From positions 294,934,001 through 294,998,000 of the forward strand of contig OZ024743.1 in the NCBI GenBank assembly GCA_964016885.1: a stretch of DNA of 64,000 nucleotides, in the 5' to 3' direction. Below the pieces are notes generated by a model. It worked only from the letters and a program-made list of their open reading frames with translations, was not told where the DNA came from and searched no databases. Positions 51,797 to 64,000 of the stretch are shown here, piece by piece; the stretch's first letter is position 1; each line of letters begins with the position of its first letter. The position numbers and the translations under genes are program-made. The stretch is from Eledone cirrhosa (Eukaryota).

Positions 51797-51990
51797 AGAA
51801 AAATCCAGATAAAAAATGTCATACTTCATTATCACAACTAATATGGTCTTTAAAAGAGAAAAATATTAAATACTCAATTTCTTGGTATAAACTTAAGTTT
51901 TCTTATTCCTATCGGAACGCTTCAATTTCACCAAACTACAATCTTTGCAATTTAGAAACTCTTAATAATTACCAAGGGAAAACATATTGA
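51797..51990 (+). pseudogene. Penelope-like (Naiad-type) GIY-YIG C-terminal fragment
   Basis: TSLSQLIWSLKEKNIKYSISWYKL..SY..NLCNLE. Confidence 0.7.
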
Positions 51991-53132
51991 CTATTATTAA
52001 TAATTCTTGAAATATTATTGTTATTATTATTATTATATATATAATGTTTTGCCTTACCTTAAAAATTGTATATCGTTTTTATATAGTAAATTAATCTCAT
52101 GATGTAACTCAGTATCCTAAGTATTTAGTATTTAGAATGGTAATTGTATAACTAGAAATTTCTGAATTTGCGGTTTGAAATGTATTTTGGCTTTCAAAGA
52201 ACTTAGATAATATAAATGATCACATAAGTTGTACGGATAATCTTTCTTTGTTTACATTCTTCGTAAATAATTTTTCGTTCTATCCAAATCTATTATTAAT
52301 GTATATTTAACATGATTTATACCGTTTAATAATATACGAAAAATCCTTAAAGGGAAACTACATATATTAAGATGTAGTTACAGAAGTAAAATCGAAATAA
52401 TAATACTTTTAAGAGTAAATGTAACTACTTATTAATTCTGTAAATAAATGACAACTAATGAATTGAACTGTTTTATAATGAAAAAGGAATAATTCAGATA
52501 ATAATTCTAAACATTATATACAATGCATATACTGATGGTGATATGCGCAAAAGTTGTGGTAAATATACTTATACATATTTAATATGTATGTAAACTTGCT
52601 TTATAGATAAAAATGTTTTTGAATTTTGTAACAAAATATTTAATATATATTAATTAAAACTATGCTTCTGATTATTATAGAAAATAATTTTATATTGTTG
52701 AATATTGACATAATATATTAGCATAATTAGCTTAACCGTAACCGAATACAAAAGATATAAAATTTCATGGTATTTAATTGGTCGCTTCTATTTGACTTAA
52801 TATTTGAAAACAACGGTGACGCTTCATGTCACTTTCTTTCTTTCTTTCCTTTTTGCAGTTACGTTTTTCCACTTCTCTCTTCTATCTCTCTCTCTTTTTC
52901 TTCTCTCTTCTCTTCTTTCTTCTCTCTTCTTCTTTCGCTCTTCTCTCTCTCTCTCTCTCTCTTTCTTTTTCTTCCCTAACACGGATATTTACGCATTTAA
53001 ATATTTATGTATGTATGTGTTTATTTATTTATTTCCTCTTACATTTTCTTATACTCCCCCCTCCTTATACTTATATCTCGCTCCACATCAGCCGTACTAA
53101 CAGTGAGAAATGAAATTTCATTTTTTCCATTC

Positions 53133-53169
<37 letters not shown>

Positions 53170-53499
53170 TAAATTTAGTCCTTCAGCCTTCATTGGTATT
53201 TCATCGCTTTAAAGACCATATACCACCGGTTGGTGCGAGCAAGGTCTAAAGAATGTCGTTGGGACACGTAAATAGGGGGAACGAGCGAGACAGTAAACAA
53301 ACAAAGATGGTAATACAATGAAAAGTGAGGAAGAAGGAGTCAAGTCCCTGAAATCGATGAACATAATTTCTGTGAAATCGTAGACGAGAGAGAAAAAAGA
53401 CCATCCGACCATCCGATATATAGTAATTAATATCAGTCGATCACTATGAACATTAGATATAATAGAATTATCAGAGACAAATAGTCAATAGACATAGTC

Positions 53500-53690
53500 A
53501 AATAATTGTTTCTATTGTGGGCACAAGGCCACCAATTAATCCAGTGTATTACTGGTACTTTATTTTGTCGACCCCGTAAGGATGAAAGGCAAAGTTAACC
53601 TCGGCGGGATTTGAACTCAGACCATAAAGGGCCGTAACTCTTTGCTGCAAAGCATGGCGTCCAACCCTCTACCGATACTGCCACCGCCAC
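53500..53690 (-). mobile_element. tRNA-derived Nin-like SINE
   Basis: Complete A box, B box, core and tail on the minus strand. Confidence 0.88.
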
Positions 53691-53919
53691 ATCTATAGGG
53701 AACAATTGCGAACATGGTATCTTCCGATTAATGGCTACTGCACACAAGATTATTTAAAGCGATCAAATGTTGTTACATTTAATTTTAGCGTTTGAAATGC
53801 CCACCTTTTCAAATTAAAAATTATACAAACGCTATGATAACTGTGTATTTAGCCATCCATATTTTTTAACACTAATACATACACACGCAAGGAAACTCCC
53901 CCCGCGCTATATATTATAT

Positions 53920-54075
<156 letters not shown>

Positions 54076-54511
54076 ATATGTGTGTGTTTGTGTGTTTGTG
54101 TGTTTCTGTGTAAATGCTTGTGTATTACAATTTACAGACGCAGTGCCTGAAAAAGACATCATGTTGTCATTGTAATCAGTAGCGATATTGAATTATCAGA
54201 AAATGTATTTCGATATCAAAAACGTAGTGCTACCATGTGGTGCGATAGTGCCAATTAATGCGACCTCCAGTTTCACAGCATATTAACAGGACCGATTTGC
54301 ATTTGTCATTGTATCTAATATAGAAAAGATTCATGAAATCGAATTCATACCAATACCTCGTTTCCAAGATCTCAGTATCAGCATACCTATCTACCTACTT
54401 ATATGTCTAGACTATCTATCTATCTATCTATCTATCTATTTATATTATCTAACCACTTATCTATCAACCTATCTATCTTACTATTTAATCACACACACAC
54501 ACACACACACA

Positions 54512-54551
<40 letters not shown>

Positions 54552-54589
54552 TATATATATGTATATATTTTTATATATCTATATATATT

Positions 54590-54740
<151 letters not shown>

Positions 54741-54868
54741 TGCCTATCTATCCATCTAACTATCTATCTATCTGAAAGATATCTATGTATCTGTCTATCT
54801 AACTATATATCTATATACATATCCGTCTGGTTATCTATCTATGCATCTACTTACCTATCTATCTATCT

Positions 54869-54906
54869 TCCCCTTCTTTTGTGCCCTTGTGGCTAATAAA
54901 GAAATT
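54869..54906 (+). mobile_element. Extreme 3' end of the Tx1-like LINE inside (TCTA)n
   Basis: TCCCCTTCTTTTGTGCCCTTGTGGCTAATAAA is the exact reverse complement of 3635-3666. Confidence 0.88.
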
Positions 54907-54965
54907 TATCTATCTATCTAACTGCCGAACTATATTTCTTTATACCTATCTACCTATCTACCAAC

Positions 54966-55037
<72 letters not shown>

Positions 55038-55060
55038 ATATATATATATGTGTGTGTGTG

Positions 55061-55144
<84 letters not shown>

Positions 55145-55172
55145 TGGTTACACAACAGTTAGTTCACCATAC

Positions 55173-55210
55173 CGAGAACAATTGTTTCACCTTAGCGGAT
55201 TCTGAGCTCG
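55173..55210 (-). ncRNA. Degenerate minimal hammerhead
   Basis: Reverse complement: CGAG-CTCAGAA-T CC gctaa GG T-GAAA-CAATTG-TT-CTCG; two core mismatches. Confidence 0.4.
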
Positions 55211-55782
55211 TAATGGACGTGGTTATACGAACAGGAAGGACAACCGCACGAAAGCGCATGCGTAGAAACGATCACTTCACACAGGCAATACTAAAATGCG
55301 TGCGAGAGCTGAAAGGGAGATAACTGCGAACCTCTGAAAAGTTTCTAGTTGATAAGAAAGTTAGGATGTTGTTGTAATTCCAGTATTCTAGCACTACATA
55401 TATATATATATATATATACAAATAAAAATTCACCGACAATCGCATTTTCGGCGGGCAGGAAAAGCGAAGCGAAACGCAAAAATCAGAAATGATGCTGGCA
55501 AAGTGCTCAATAGTTAAAAACCAGAGCTAAACATATATATATATATATTTCCCTCTATCACTATCTCTCTGAAACAATGCTGTTAATAAATTCCCATTTT
55601 GATTTTAGGGGTCATGTTTACGGTACATTTTCTTCCTTTCCATCCAAAATATATTATTATACTTCAATTGTTACGTATTTTAACAACCTACGATTCCACT
55701 TATCTTTGCTTATCTAATTCTGACGACGTTTATATATCTATCTCTCTATCTATCTATCTATTTCTTCACCGAAATATTTATC

Positions 55783-55818
<36 letters not shown>

Positions 55819-56061
55819 GATATATATATTTATTTATTTATAACTGTAACTATACATATTATGTGTGTGTGTGTAATAAAGGAAGATGCATATATTTTAG
55901 TACCGCACCTATATACGCCTTTAAATATATACGGAGAGAATTGTCGATTTTAGATTTTCTGTATGAACATGGATGCGTGCCCACACACACACACATATAT
56001 ATTTGTGTATATATATATATATTTTACACATTTCACAATGCTTCAAGCAAACTTTAACACC

Positions 56062-56143
<82 letters not shown>

Positions 56144-56325
56144 GATTTATATATATGCGGGTGTGTATGTATGTATATGTGTGTGCATAAATAACATAAA
56201 TACATAAATACACAAATGCATAGTTGTTGAATGATGAAAATGTCAGCATAAAAGTTAGAGAAACTAAAAGAATATGCAATTCTCATATTTTTGCATCATA
56301 TTACGTATAGAATGTTTTAATATGC

Positions 56326-56360
<35 letters not shown>

Positions 56361-56371
56361 TCTATATATAC

Positions 56372-56421
<50 letters not shown>

Positions 56422-56739
56422 GCGAGCATGTGTACATGCAGATGTGAATGTATATGCATACATTTACAAGTAAATATATATTTTAGTGGTTCTGTGTGTG
56501 TATTGGTTTGTGTATGTAAGATTGTGCATGCATATTACATATTAACTCTTGCATTTGGTTATTAACTCCCCAAATCTCTCAACCGTCCACCTGTATTGGA
56601 ATTTTCTTTTATATCTGCTGTCTTCCATTCTTCTTTCCCTATGCCACGCAGCATCTCTAATTATAGAGATCCAATCATCTACACCCAGCAGCAACTCCAA
56701 CCTATATCTTCACTTTTCAAATTCTCACATCAATTTATT

Positions 56740-57489
<750 letters not shown>

Positions 57490-57763
57490 TATCTATACAT
57501 TTGGCACTCTTTTTTTATTTAATATTCTTCATATTTTCCAGCGTTTCTAAAAGTAAAATTTATTTTTGTCGATCAGTTTGGTATGGATAATCTTTGTACA
57601 TATTTAAACGTCTTATTTTTAAAACCTACTCTCTTCTAGCACATATTAATACGCTGTTGTAGGATTGTAGTGTCTTATATAAATAAGAAAACGCATAAAA
57701 TAAACGTTTAGCGGCAAAGCGAATTTTTGCACAAAATGCAAAAATTGTATTGTATACGCAACG

Positions 57764-57802
<39 letters not shown>

Positions 57803-57902
57803 ATGTGTGTGTGTGTGTGTGTGTGTATAATAAGATACAGATACACAAAGATACATAAGTATATACATATATATAAATATGTATATATATATATATATAT
57901 AT

Positions 57903-57953
57903 CCATGTCTCCTCCGATAAAACCAAAAACGTTTACGAGGTAGACCCACAGAC

Positions 57954-58007
<54 letters not shown>

Positions 58008-58051
58008 TCCTCCGATAAAACCAAAAACGTTTATGAGGTAGACCCACAGAC

Positions 58052-58058
<7 letters not shown>
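57903..58058 (+). repeat. Two ~56-bp copies of a PLE ORF segment, each running into (TA)n
   Basis: ATGTCTCCTCCGATAAAACC..CAGACCTATAAT at 57905 and 58003; inverted at 58113-58170; also at 59011-59068. Confidence 0.9.
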
Positions 58059-58112
<54 letters not shown>

Positions 58113-58119
<7 letters not shown>

Positions 58120-58502
58120 GTCTGTGGGTCTACCTCATAAACGTTTTTGGTTTTATCGGAGGAGACATGGAGATTGGGGAATATTTTTATATTCCGCTAT
58201 TCAGTATTTAAGTAGGCCTGGAATGGTGTGGTGGCTCTACGGAATTTGATATCTTTGATCAACTTGAAGAGGTCTTCCTCAAATGTTTCTAGCAGGCGGT
58301 TGGTGGGTGGTGCCTTATTCGTTTTGAAACCGAACTTCTCATCATTGGTAGATGCTACATCAGGGTTGTCGAGCAAGAAGGCTCTCCACCTAATTCGCTT
58401 GATGAACTCGTCGGTACGTCTGATGAGTGTTTTTAGGTAAAGTTTCCTTGAAGGATGGGGATGTTCTTCATGGAGACATCAAGGTCGAGTTTGGTTCAGC
58501 AT
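58113..58502 (-). pseudogene. Penelope-like (Naiad-type) ORF N-terminal fragment
   Basis: Manual translation: [80 protein letters not shown]. Confidence 0.85.
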
Positions 58503-58626
58503 AGTTTCTGGTGATGGTTATAAGGGGTTGTAAGAGTGCTAAAAGGTAAGTTATTCCGGGTTGAATCGGAGGTAACCACAGTAAGTAAGGTACTCAATAC
58601 ATAGCAGAGTATAACAGTTTTAATAT

Positions 58627-58673
58627 ATTCTACAGGACTAGAACTGTTTCATTCGTGAGAAATCATCAGAAAT
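58627..58673 (-). ncRNA. Type I hammerhead ribozyme upstream of the PLE ORF
   Basis: Reverse complement: ATTT-CTGATGA-T TTC tcac GAA T-GAAA-CAG ttctagtc CTG-TA-GAAT. Confidence 0.85.
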
Positions 58674-58989
58674 CTGACTGTCCAAGTAAATATGGTGGTA
58701 TTTATATCTTTTCTGGTGGTAGGAGAGGGTGGGGAGTGGGATGGCTGGAGGCATTGGTTGAAAGAAATGGGAATTCATTAAAAGCTAATTCTTTAAAGCT
58801 ATAATTTATATTTAGAGTGACAAATGCAGAAAGAATTCTATAAACAAGTTCAAATTGGGGTGCCACTACTTATTTTTAAGTTTCTCTTAAGCTAACAATG
58901 CCTATATTTCAGGTGCCTATAAGATGGTTGGAGGTTAGTCGTGGTTGATGGGTATAAAGAAAGAGGAAATCTTTAAAAGCTAATTCTTT

Positions 58990-59128
58990 ATAAAAAAATT
59001 CCCCCAATCTCCATGTCTCCTCCGATAAAACCAAAAACGTTTAGGAGGTAGACCCACAGACCTATAATAAGCTGGCAAAAAATGCCATCACGACCACCTA
59101 CAAAAAGGTAAAAGATATGGCATTGACT
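58990..59128 (+). pseudogene. Inverted PLE ORF fragment
   Basis: [37 protein letters not shown]. Confidence 0.8.
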
Positions 59129-59131
59129 GAG

Positions 59132-59197
<66 letters not shown>

Positions 59198-59450
59198 ATA
59201 TATTTATATAAATAAAAGTTAGAGTTAATAATTCATACTGAAACCCTGTAATTAACAAGCTCAAAGTATAAATACTGAGCATTATAATAATAATATATGT
59301 AGTAATAAACACACGATTTATGGGTGTTTATTACTACATATATTATTAGGATATATATATATATGTAAAAGGTAAACAGAAATAACAACACAATCGGTAC
59401 TGTATATGGAAGGGATATATTAGGTTAACGCTTGATATAGCAGGAAGAGG

Positions 59451-59488
59451 TTCTTAACAATTCGGCAGCTAGTCCTTCATCAGAAGAA
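59451..59488 (-). ncRNA. Degenerate minimal hammerhead
   Basis: Reverse complement: TTCTT-CTGATGA-AGGAC tagct GCC-GAAT-TG-TT-AAGAA; similar layout to 10263. Confidence 0.5.
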
Positions 59489-59550
59489 ATAATAAAAAAT
59501 AAGATAGCTTGAGGGGACGGGCGGGTTGGAATTGGAAAAAAAGTATTTAG

Positions 59551-59616
<66 letters not shown>

Positions 59617-60231
59617 GAAGAGAGAAGAAACATTTAGATATAATTAGTAATAAAATGTATCATACCTAAACTGTTCCTAAATTCCTCGACTACGTAGTTT
59701 CGTGGCATAAACAAAAACAATATATCAAAGATATAGAGTCCTTGCGAGGTCTGCCGACTTATCAAGAGGATACCTCATTTTACTAGTCTCAAGAACGCGT
59801 CTACACGACGTGAGAAAGAATCCCAAAAGGCGGAGGGGGAGATAGTCACGCGATATAACGGTCGAGAAACAGAGCTAAGCCTCTTATAACCACGAAGAAA
59901 ATACCACGGAGGCGGAGGGGGTATTCATATCGAGGCCGTAGTAGAGGTAGTGAAGAAGGCGAGAAGTATGAGTAATGGAAGCTTTCCAGTTGTCCCCACA
60001 CTTCAAAGATTGCTCGACCAGAGGGAGTTATTAATATATTTAGAAACACACAGATACATGCGGACACACACATATATACATGAATGCATCCGCACCCAAC
60101 TGTGAGTTAAGGGTGCCAACTTCACCGATGTTGCTCAATGAATGACTGGGACAGACCAATTCAGTTTGAACCAGACTGAACCAGTATCAGAGTTAAAAAT
60201 ACATTATGAAGAGAGAAGAAACATTTAGATA

Positions 60232-60267
<36 letters not shown>

Positions 60268-60282
60268 AAAAAAATGAAAAAA

Positions 60283-60378
60283 ATGACTTCATTTGTAGTT
60301 CTAAATAATTTGATTTAATTTTATATTATAATATTATAAAATTAAATCAAATTATTTAGAACTACAAGTGAAGTCATT
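60283..60378. repeat. AT-rich near-perfect palindrome, about 95 bp
   Basis: AATGACTTCATTTGTAGTTCTAAATAATTTG.. mirrored as ..CAAATTATTTAGAACTACAAGTGAAGTCATT. Confidence 0.85.
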
Positions 60379-60429
60379 ATTTTCCTTTTTTTTAAATATA
60401 CCTAACTGTACCAAGGATCTCACACATTT

Positions 60430-60470
<41 letters not shown>

Positions 60471-60634
60471 TGTGTGTGTCTGTGTTGTCCCGACTGTAGA
60501 GTTTTGCCGACTGGTATGCAACCAGAGTACAACTAAAGTGCACCAGGACACTGTGGCTATCGGCTTTTCAAGAGACCCTTCGATGAAGGTACGAATTCTT
60601 CAACAGATCGCTAAAAGTGAAAAATTCCTGGGAG

Positions 60635-61085
60635 GGAGAATTATCTGAGGGTTCTTTTGAAAAGCAGATAGCCTCTAAATTTGCACATCCTCCTCTCCCT
60701 TGCGTCGTTAGTTATTTTTATGATCTTGTTATTTTTGTATGTCTAAATCTTTCTTGCAGGAGGATGAGTATGTATTGCGATGTTTTTTGATGCGGATATG
60801 GAGCGATTTAACGGTATTACTGATGTACATGTTCATGCATTTGTTGCATTGGATGTCGTATATAATGTATGATTTTTTGGCGCATACCTGTGTCATGAAT
60901 GGGGATTTTTTCTAGCGTGTATTGGCTATTGTTGTCCTTGGGTCGCATTTTCGATGGACGGTTTCTAAGTGAAGTGCTGGAGTGAGCTAAATGCCTGTCT
61001 AGCCGCTCTTGTGAATGGTTCGGCGAATCGCCTTCCTTGATTATATATTCATTTTGTGCTACATTCAGGATGCAGGTGCTGGGGA
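60635..61085 (-). pseudogene. Penelope-like GIY-YIG endonuclease 3' fragment
   Basis: Manual translation LYDIQCNKCMNMYISNTVKSLHIRIKKH (VY-I-CxxC-YIG-T-R-H pattern), then LEAIC and KNPQI. Confidence 0.72.
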
Positions 61086-63007
61086 GATCTTATGTTTCCG
61101 ACGTCTGGGACCCCCAGAAACTCACTATGTATGTGTGTACGTGTGTGCGTTCGTGCCTATCTGTCTGTCTGTCTGTTTTATTTTGTATAGTTATATTAGA
61201 TACATTATAGTTATGGATGTTTGTAACCAAGGGAATTCAGATAAAGGCTTCGAGAGAAAAGTTGGTTGTATTAAATTCGGTGACGAATTATGAATATCAA
61301 TGCTAACAACGTTCCAAAACAACAACAATTGAAGATAGGACTAATCATGTTACCTTTAAGTATTTTTAGCGATTACGCGGTTTATGGTTTTTTTTATTTA
61401 ACTTAATCACAATCTTTTTTGTTGCACGAAATCTTAATCTGTGAGCATGTGTGTGTACCTTTACTGACTGCATATTTATTTGGTATAGTACGTTAATGTG
61501 GTGTTTATGATGCATTTAGATCTCTGTGATGAGACGATAGCCCCATGTAAATGAGACAGAACACACGATACAGAAGATAAAAGAAAGGAACATAAAATAA
61601 AAAAGGAAATAGGTATGTGATAAGAGTAGAGCAAAATGACAACATAATAACCAATAATAGTAATAACAACAGCAGCAAGAGTAGCGGCAACGAAAACACA
61701 AACCGCAACGATAAGAGTATGAAAGAAATAAGTCAACATAACGAAAATACATTAGAGTTCTTGCTACTCCATTAATATAGAGCTAGATTGCAGAATATCT
61801 TGAGATAAGAAAGAGGACTGTTATAGTTGATAAATCCTAAATTGAGCAGAATAATTCCTCACTTAATCTGTTTATACTTTTATCTACTGTAGTTTAGCCC
61901 TAAGACACTGCTGATAAAGCAGGCTTTTCCATACCGTCTCTCTTCAGCATTCTGGAACACATACTTCCTTTTCTGTAAAGATATTATTGAGAGAGATATG
62001 GCTGGTATCGGTAGCAAATCTTGCATTGGTTTGTGCTGTTGGTTAGTGTTCCTGCTGTTGTTGTTCATGTTGTAGTTTTTGTGGTTGGCCTTATAGTTTA
62101 GGGGTGAAACATCCCTGTTCAAGAAGACGTATTAGAAAATGTACCACGCATGACAATTCCGTTTTTTCTCCTACGTTGCCCGTCTTTGACACCGTATTCA
62201 ACTTGCTTTAACAAAAAGTATGAAATCTGCAGAAACATTCGCTGCTCAATTGTTAATGCTCTAATCAGAAACACAAGGTCAGTACATATCACCATTTCTC
62301 AGAGACTTCGAGAATGGTGTCTAGATGAGGCGACGTTGTGTGGATTCTACTAAAGGCACCCAATGGCTAGCAGGTGGGCTTAAACCGAATGACCGATTCA
62401 ATATTCCACACAAAACCAGGATAACACTTCTTTGGTTTGAAGTTTTATAAATAGTCTAATTTGATACATATACTTGCTTTTACGGAGTTGAGTCTATGTT
62501 TCCTCGCTATCTCCAATATGCTGCATATCGGCAGATATATTGTACTCTATCATATATTTGTCATAAAGGATTCAATTACTTTTTCCTGACTCAAACATTT
62601 TATTTGGGTTAGGTTTTTTCTTTAGGTTAGATTTTTCAGTAGCTAACACTCCTCCTACGCATAGTACCTTCTCTCTAATTGAGATGTTTTTCACTTGTAT
62701 ATGTCTTGTGTGTGGCTGACGAGGGAGACGACGCTGTGAGCCAAGACATCAGATGTTTGAATCAATAATTGATACGTACAATAACCAGTAATGAAGAGAT
62801 AGGGACCTTTGTCTGAGCAACATATACTTTTTATCCTTTTGCAATGAGCTGCAAGGACCAGTACATTTAGAAGCATTTGTATGCAGATCTATGTGAACAT
62901 ATTCAAAGCTCGAGGCTTGCAAGGTAGGCCATTTAGCTCAAGATTGTAAGGTTGTGAGATCAATTCCCTGTGTGTCCAAGAGCAATACATACTAGTTAAC
63001 ATTATTA

Positions 63008-63219
63008 TTGGCAGTATCGGTAGAGGGTCACAAACCATGCTTTGCAGCATAGAGTTACGGCTCATAATGATGTGAGTTCAAATCCCGCCGAGGTTAACTT
63101 TGCCTTTTCTCCTTCCGTAGTCAATAAAATAAAGTACCAGTCACGCACTGGGGTCGATTTAATCGACTCCCCCCTCCCCCCGAATCGCTGGCCTTGTGCC
63201 TATATGAGAAACCATTATT
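63008..63219 (+). mobile_element. tRNA-derived Nin-like SINE
   Basis: A box, B box, core and tail. Confidence 0.88.
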
Positions 63220-64000
63220 GCAGCTGAAAATAACGATTTGTACCTGTAATTCAAAACATCAAACATGTCACTCATTGTGTTTCAGTTAATCATAGAGAAC
63301 TATTTGTTGTTAACAATTTAAGGCAGAATGTATCTGGAATTCTCCGTCAATATCACATTATGTAAAAATAACTAAATATATAAATAAACAAGTAAATCGA
63401 ATACAAAATACATAACGTATAAGGACTAATATAGAAACTAGAAAAAAATAACAGTAAGTTGTATTTTACTGTATTATTTAATTTCTTTTACAAATGTCAA
63501 TCTATAATATAATAAAGGGAGGAGTGCGGGACAGCGTTCGTTTTTATATTTTTTTATCCCGTTAGTAAAATATGTTGCATTACTTTGAATAAATAATGAA
63601 CGAATATTATGTAATTTATCTACTAAATTTCGTAGGTCTTCATTCAACATAAATATTCTTATATATAAAGTATTGCTTATTTTAACATTCACTTCTTTAA
63701 AATTTTCAAATGTCAATACTTCCGGTTAGCGTCCCTTATATCATAACTAACACTCGTCACATTGCTTATATAAACTTTCATATATTCGCATCGTTATATA
63801 AGGTTTATATTTCCGTCACCAATTTTCTCCTTTTTCATAGCATTTTAGTTCATGATATATGCAGTTTATATATAATATTGTCTTTTTTTTAATTTATCAT
63901 GGATTACTTTACTGATTACAGAGTGTAACACAGATTTCGTTCAATTTCTGTGCATATAGTCAATTACGATTTTATTTGACGTATCATATCCATATGCATA

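Noticed and set aside
57903-58170. CRISPR-like repeat-spacer appearance
   Set aside because: The spacers are (TA)n, the repeats are PLE coding fragments, the context is eukaryotic and there are no cas genes.
60480-60675. Hammerhead-like strings and a 25-bp inverted repeat downstream of the GIY-YIG fragment
   Set aside because: Core has several mismatches; the inverted repeat is better explained as an inverted copy of the ORF end.
63008-63090. tRNA gene calls at SINE heads
   Set aside because: A and B boxes are present but there is no full cloverleaf, and each head continues into SINE core and tail.

Overview
AT-rich, microsatellite-dense eukaryotic intergenic or intronic DNA, most likely from an octopus or other cephalopod (inferred from the tRNA-derived SINEs with a Nin/Deu-like core and the extreme (TA)n/(CA)n load). 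I found no intact host protein-coding gene; most ORFs in the track are microsatellite translations. Identifiable elements: a near full-length decayed L1/Tx1-clade LINE (3630-9311, minus) sitting in (GATA)n; a decayed hATm-type DNA transposon with both TIRs (29063-31835); fragments of a Buster/Charlie hAT, RTE LINEs, an APE-type LINE and Penelope-like elements (PLEs, Naiad-like N-termini and GIY-YIG ends); and about 15 SINE copies. The main hidden signal is a dense set of roughly 25 type I hammerhead ribozyme (HHR) motifs from more than 10 sequence families, in pLTR-like repeats next to (TA)n. They include two families with a compensated U3-A8 core (UUGANAA), one family with a U4A core (CAGAAGA) in all three copies, three families sharing a C-C mismatch in stem II and a (UA)n stem III, long stem II insertions, a tandem pair 316 nt apart, and many long fold-back duplications. 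All folds and coordinates were read by eye, so expect errors of a few nt; ribozyme activity is untested.
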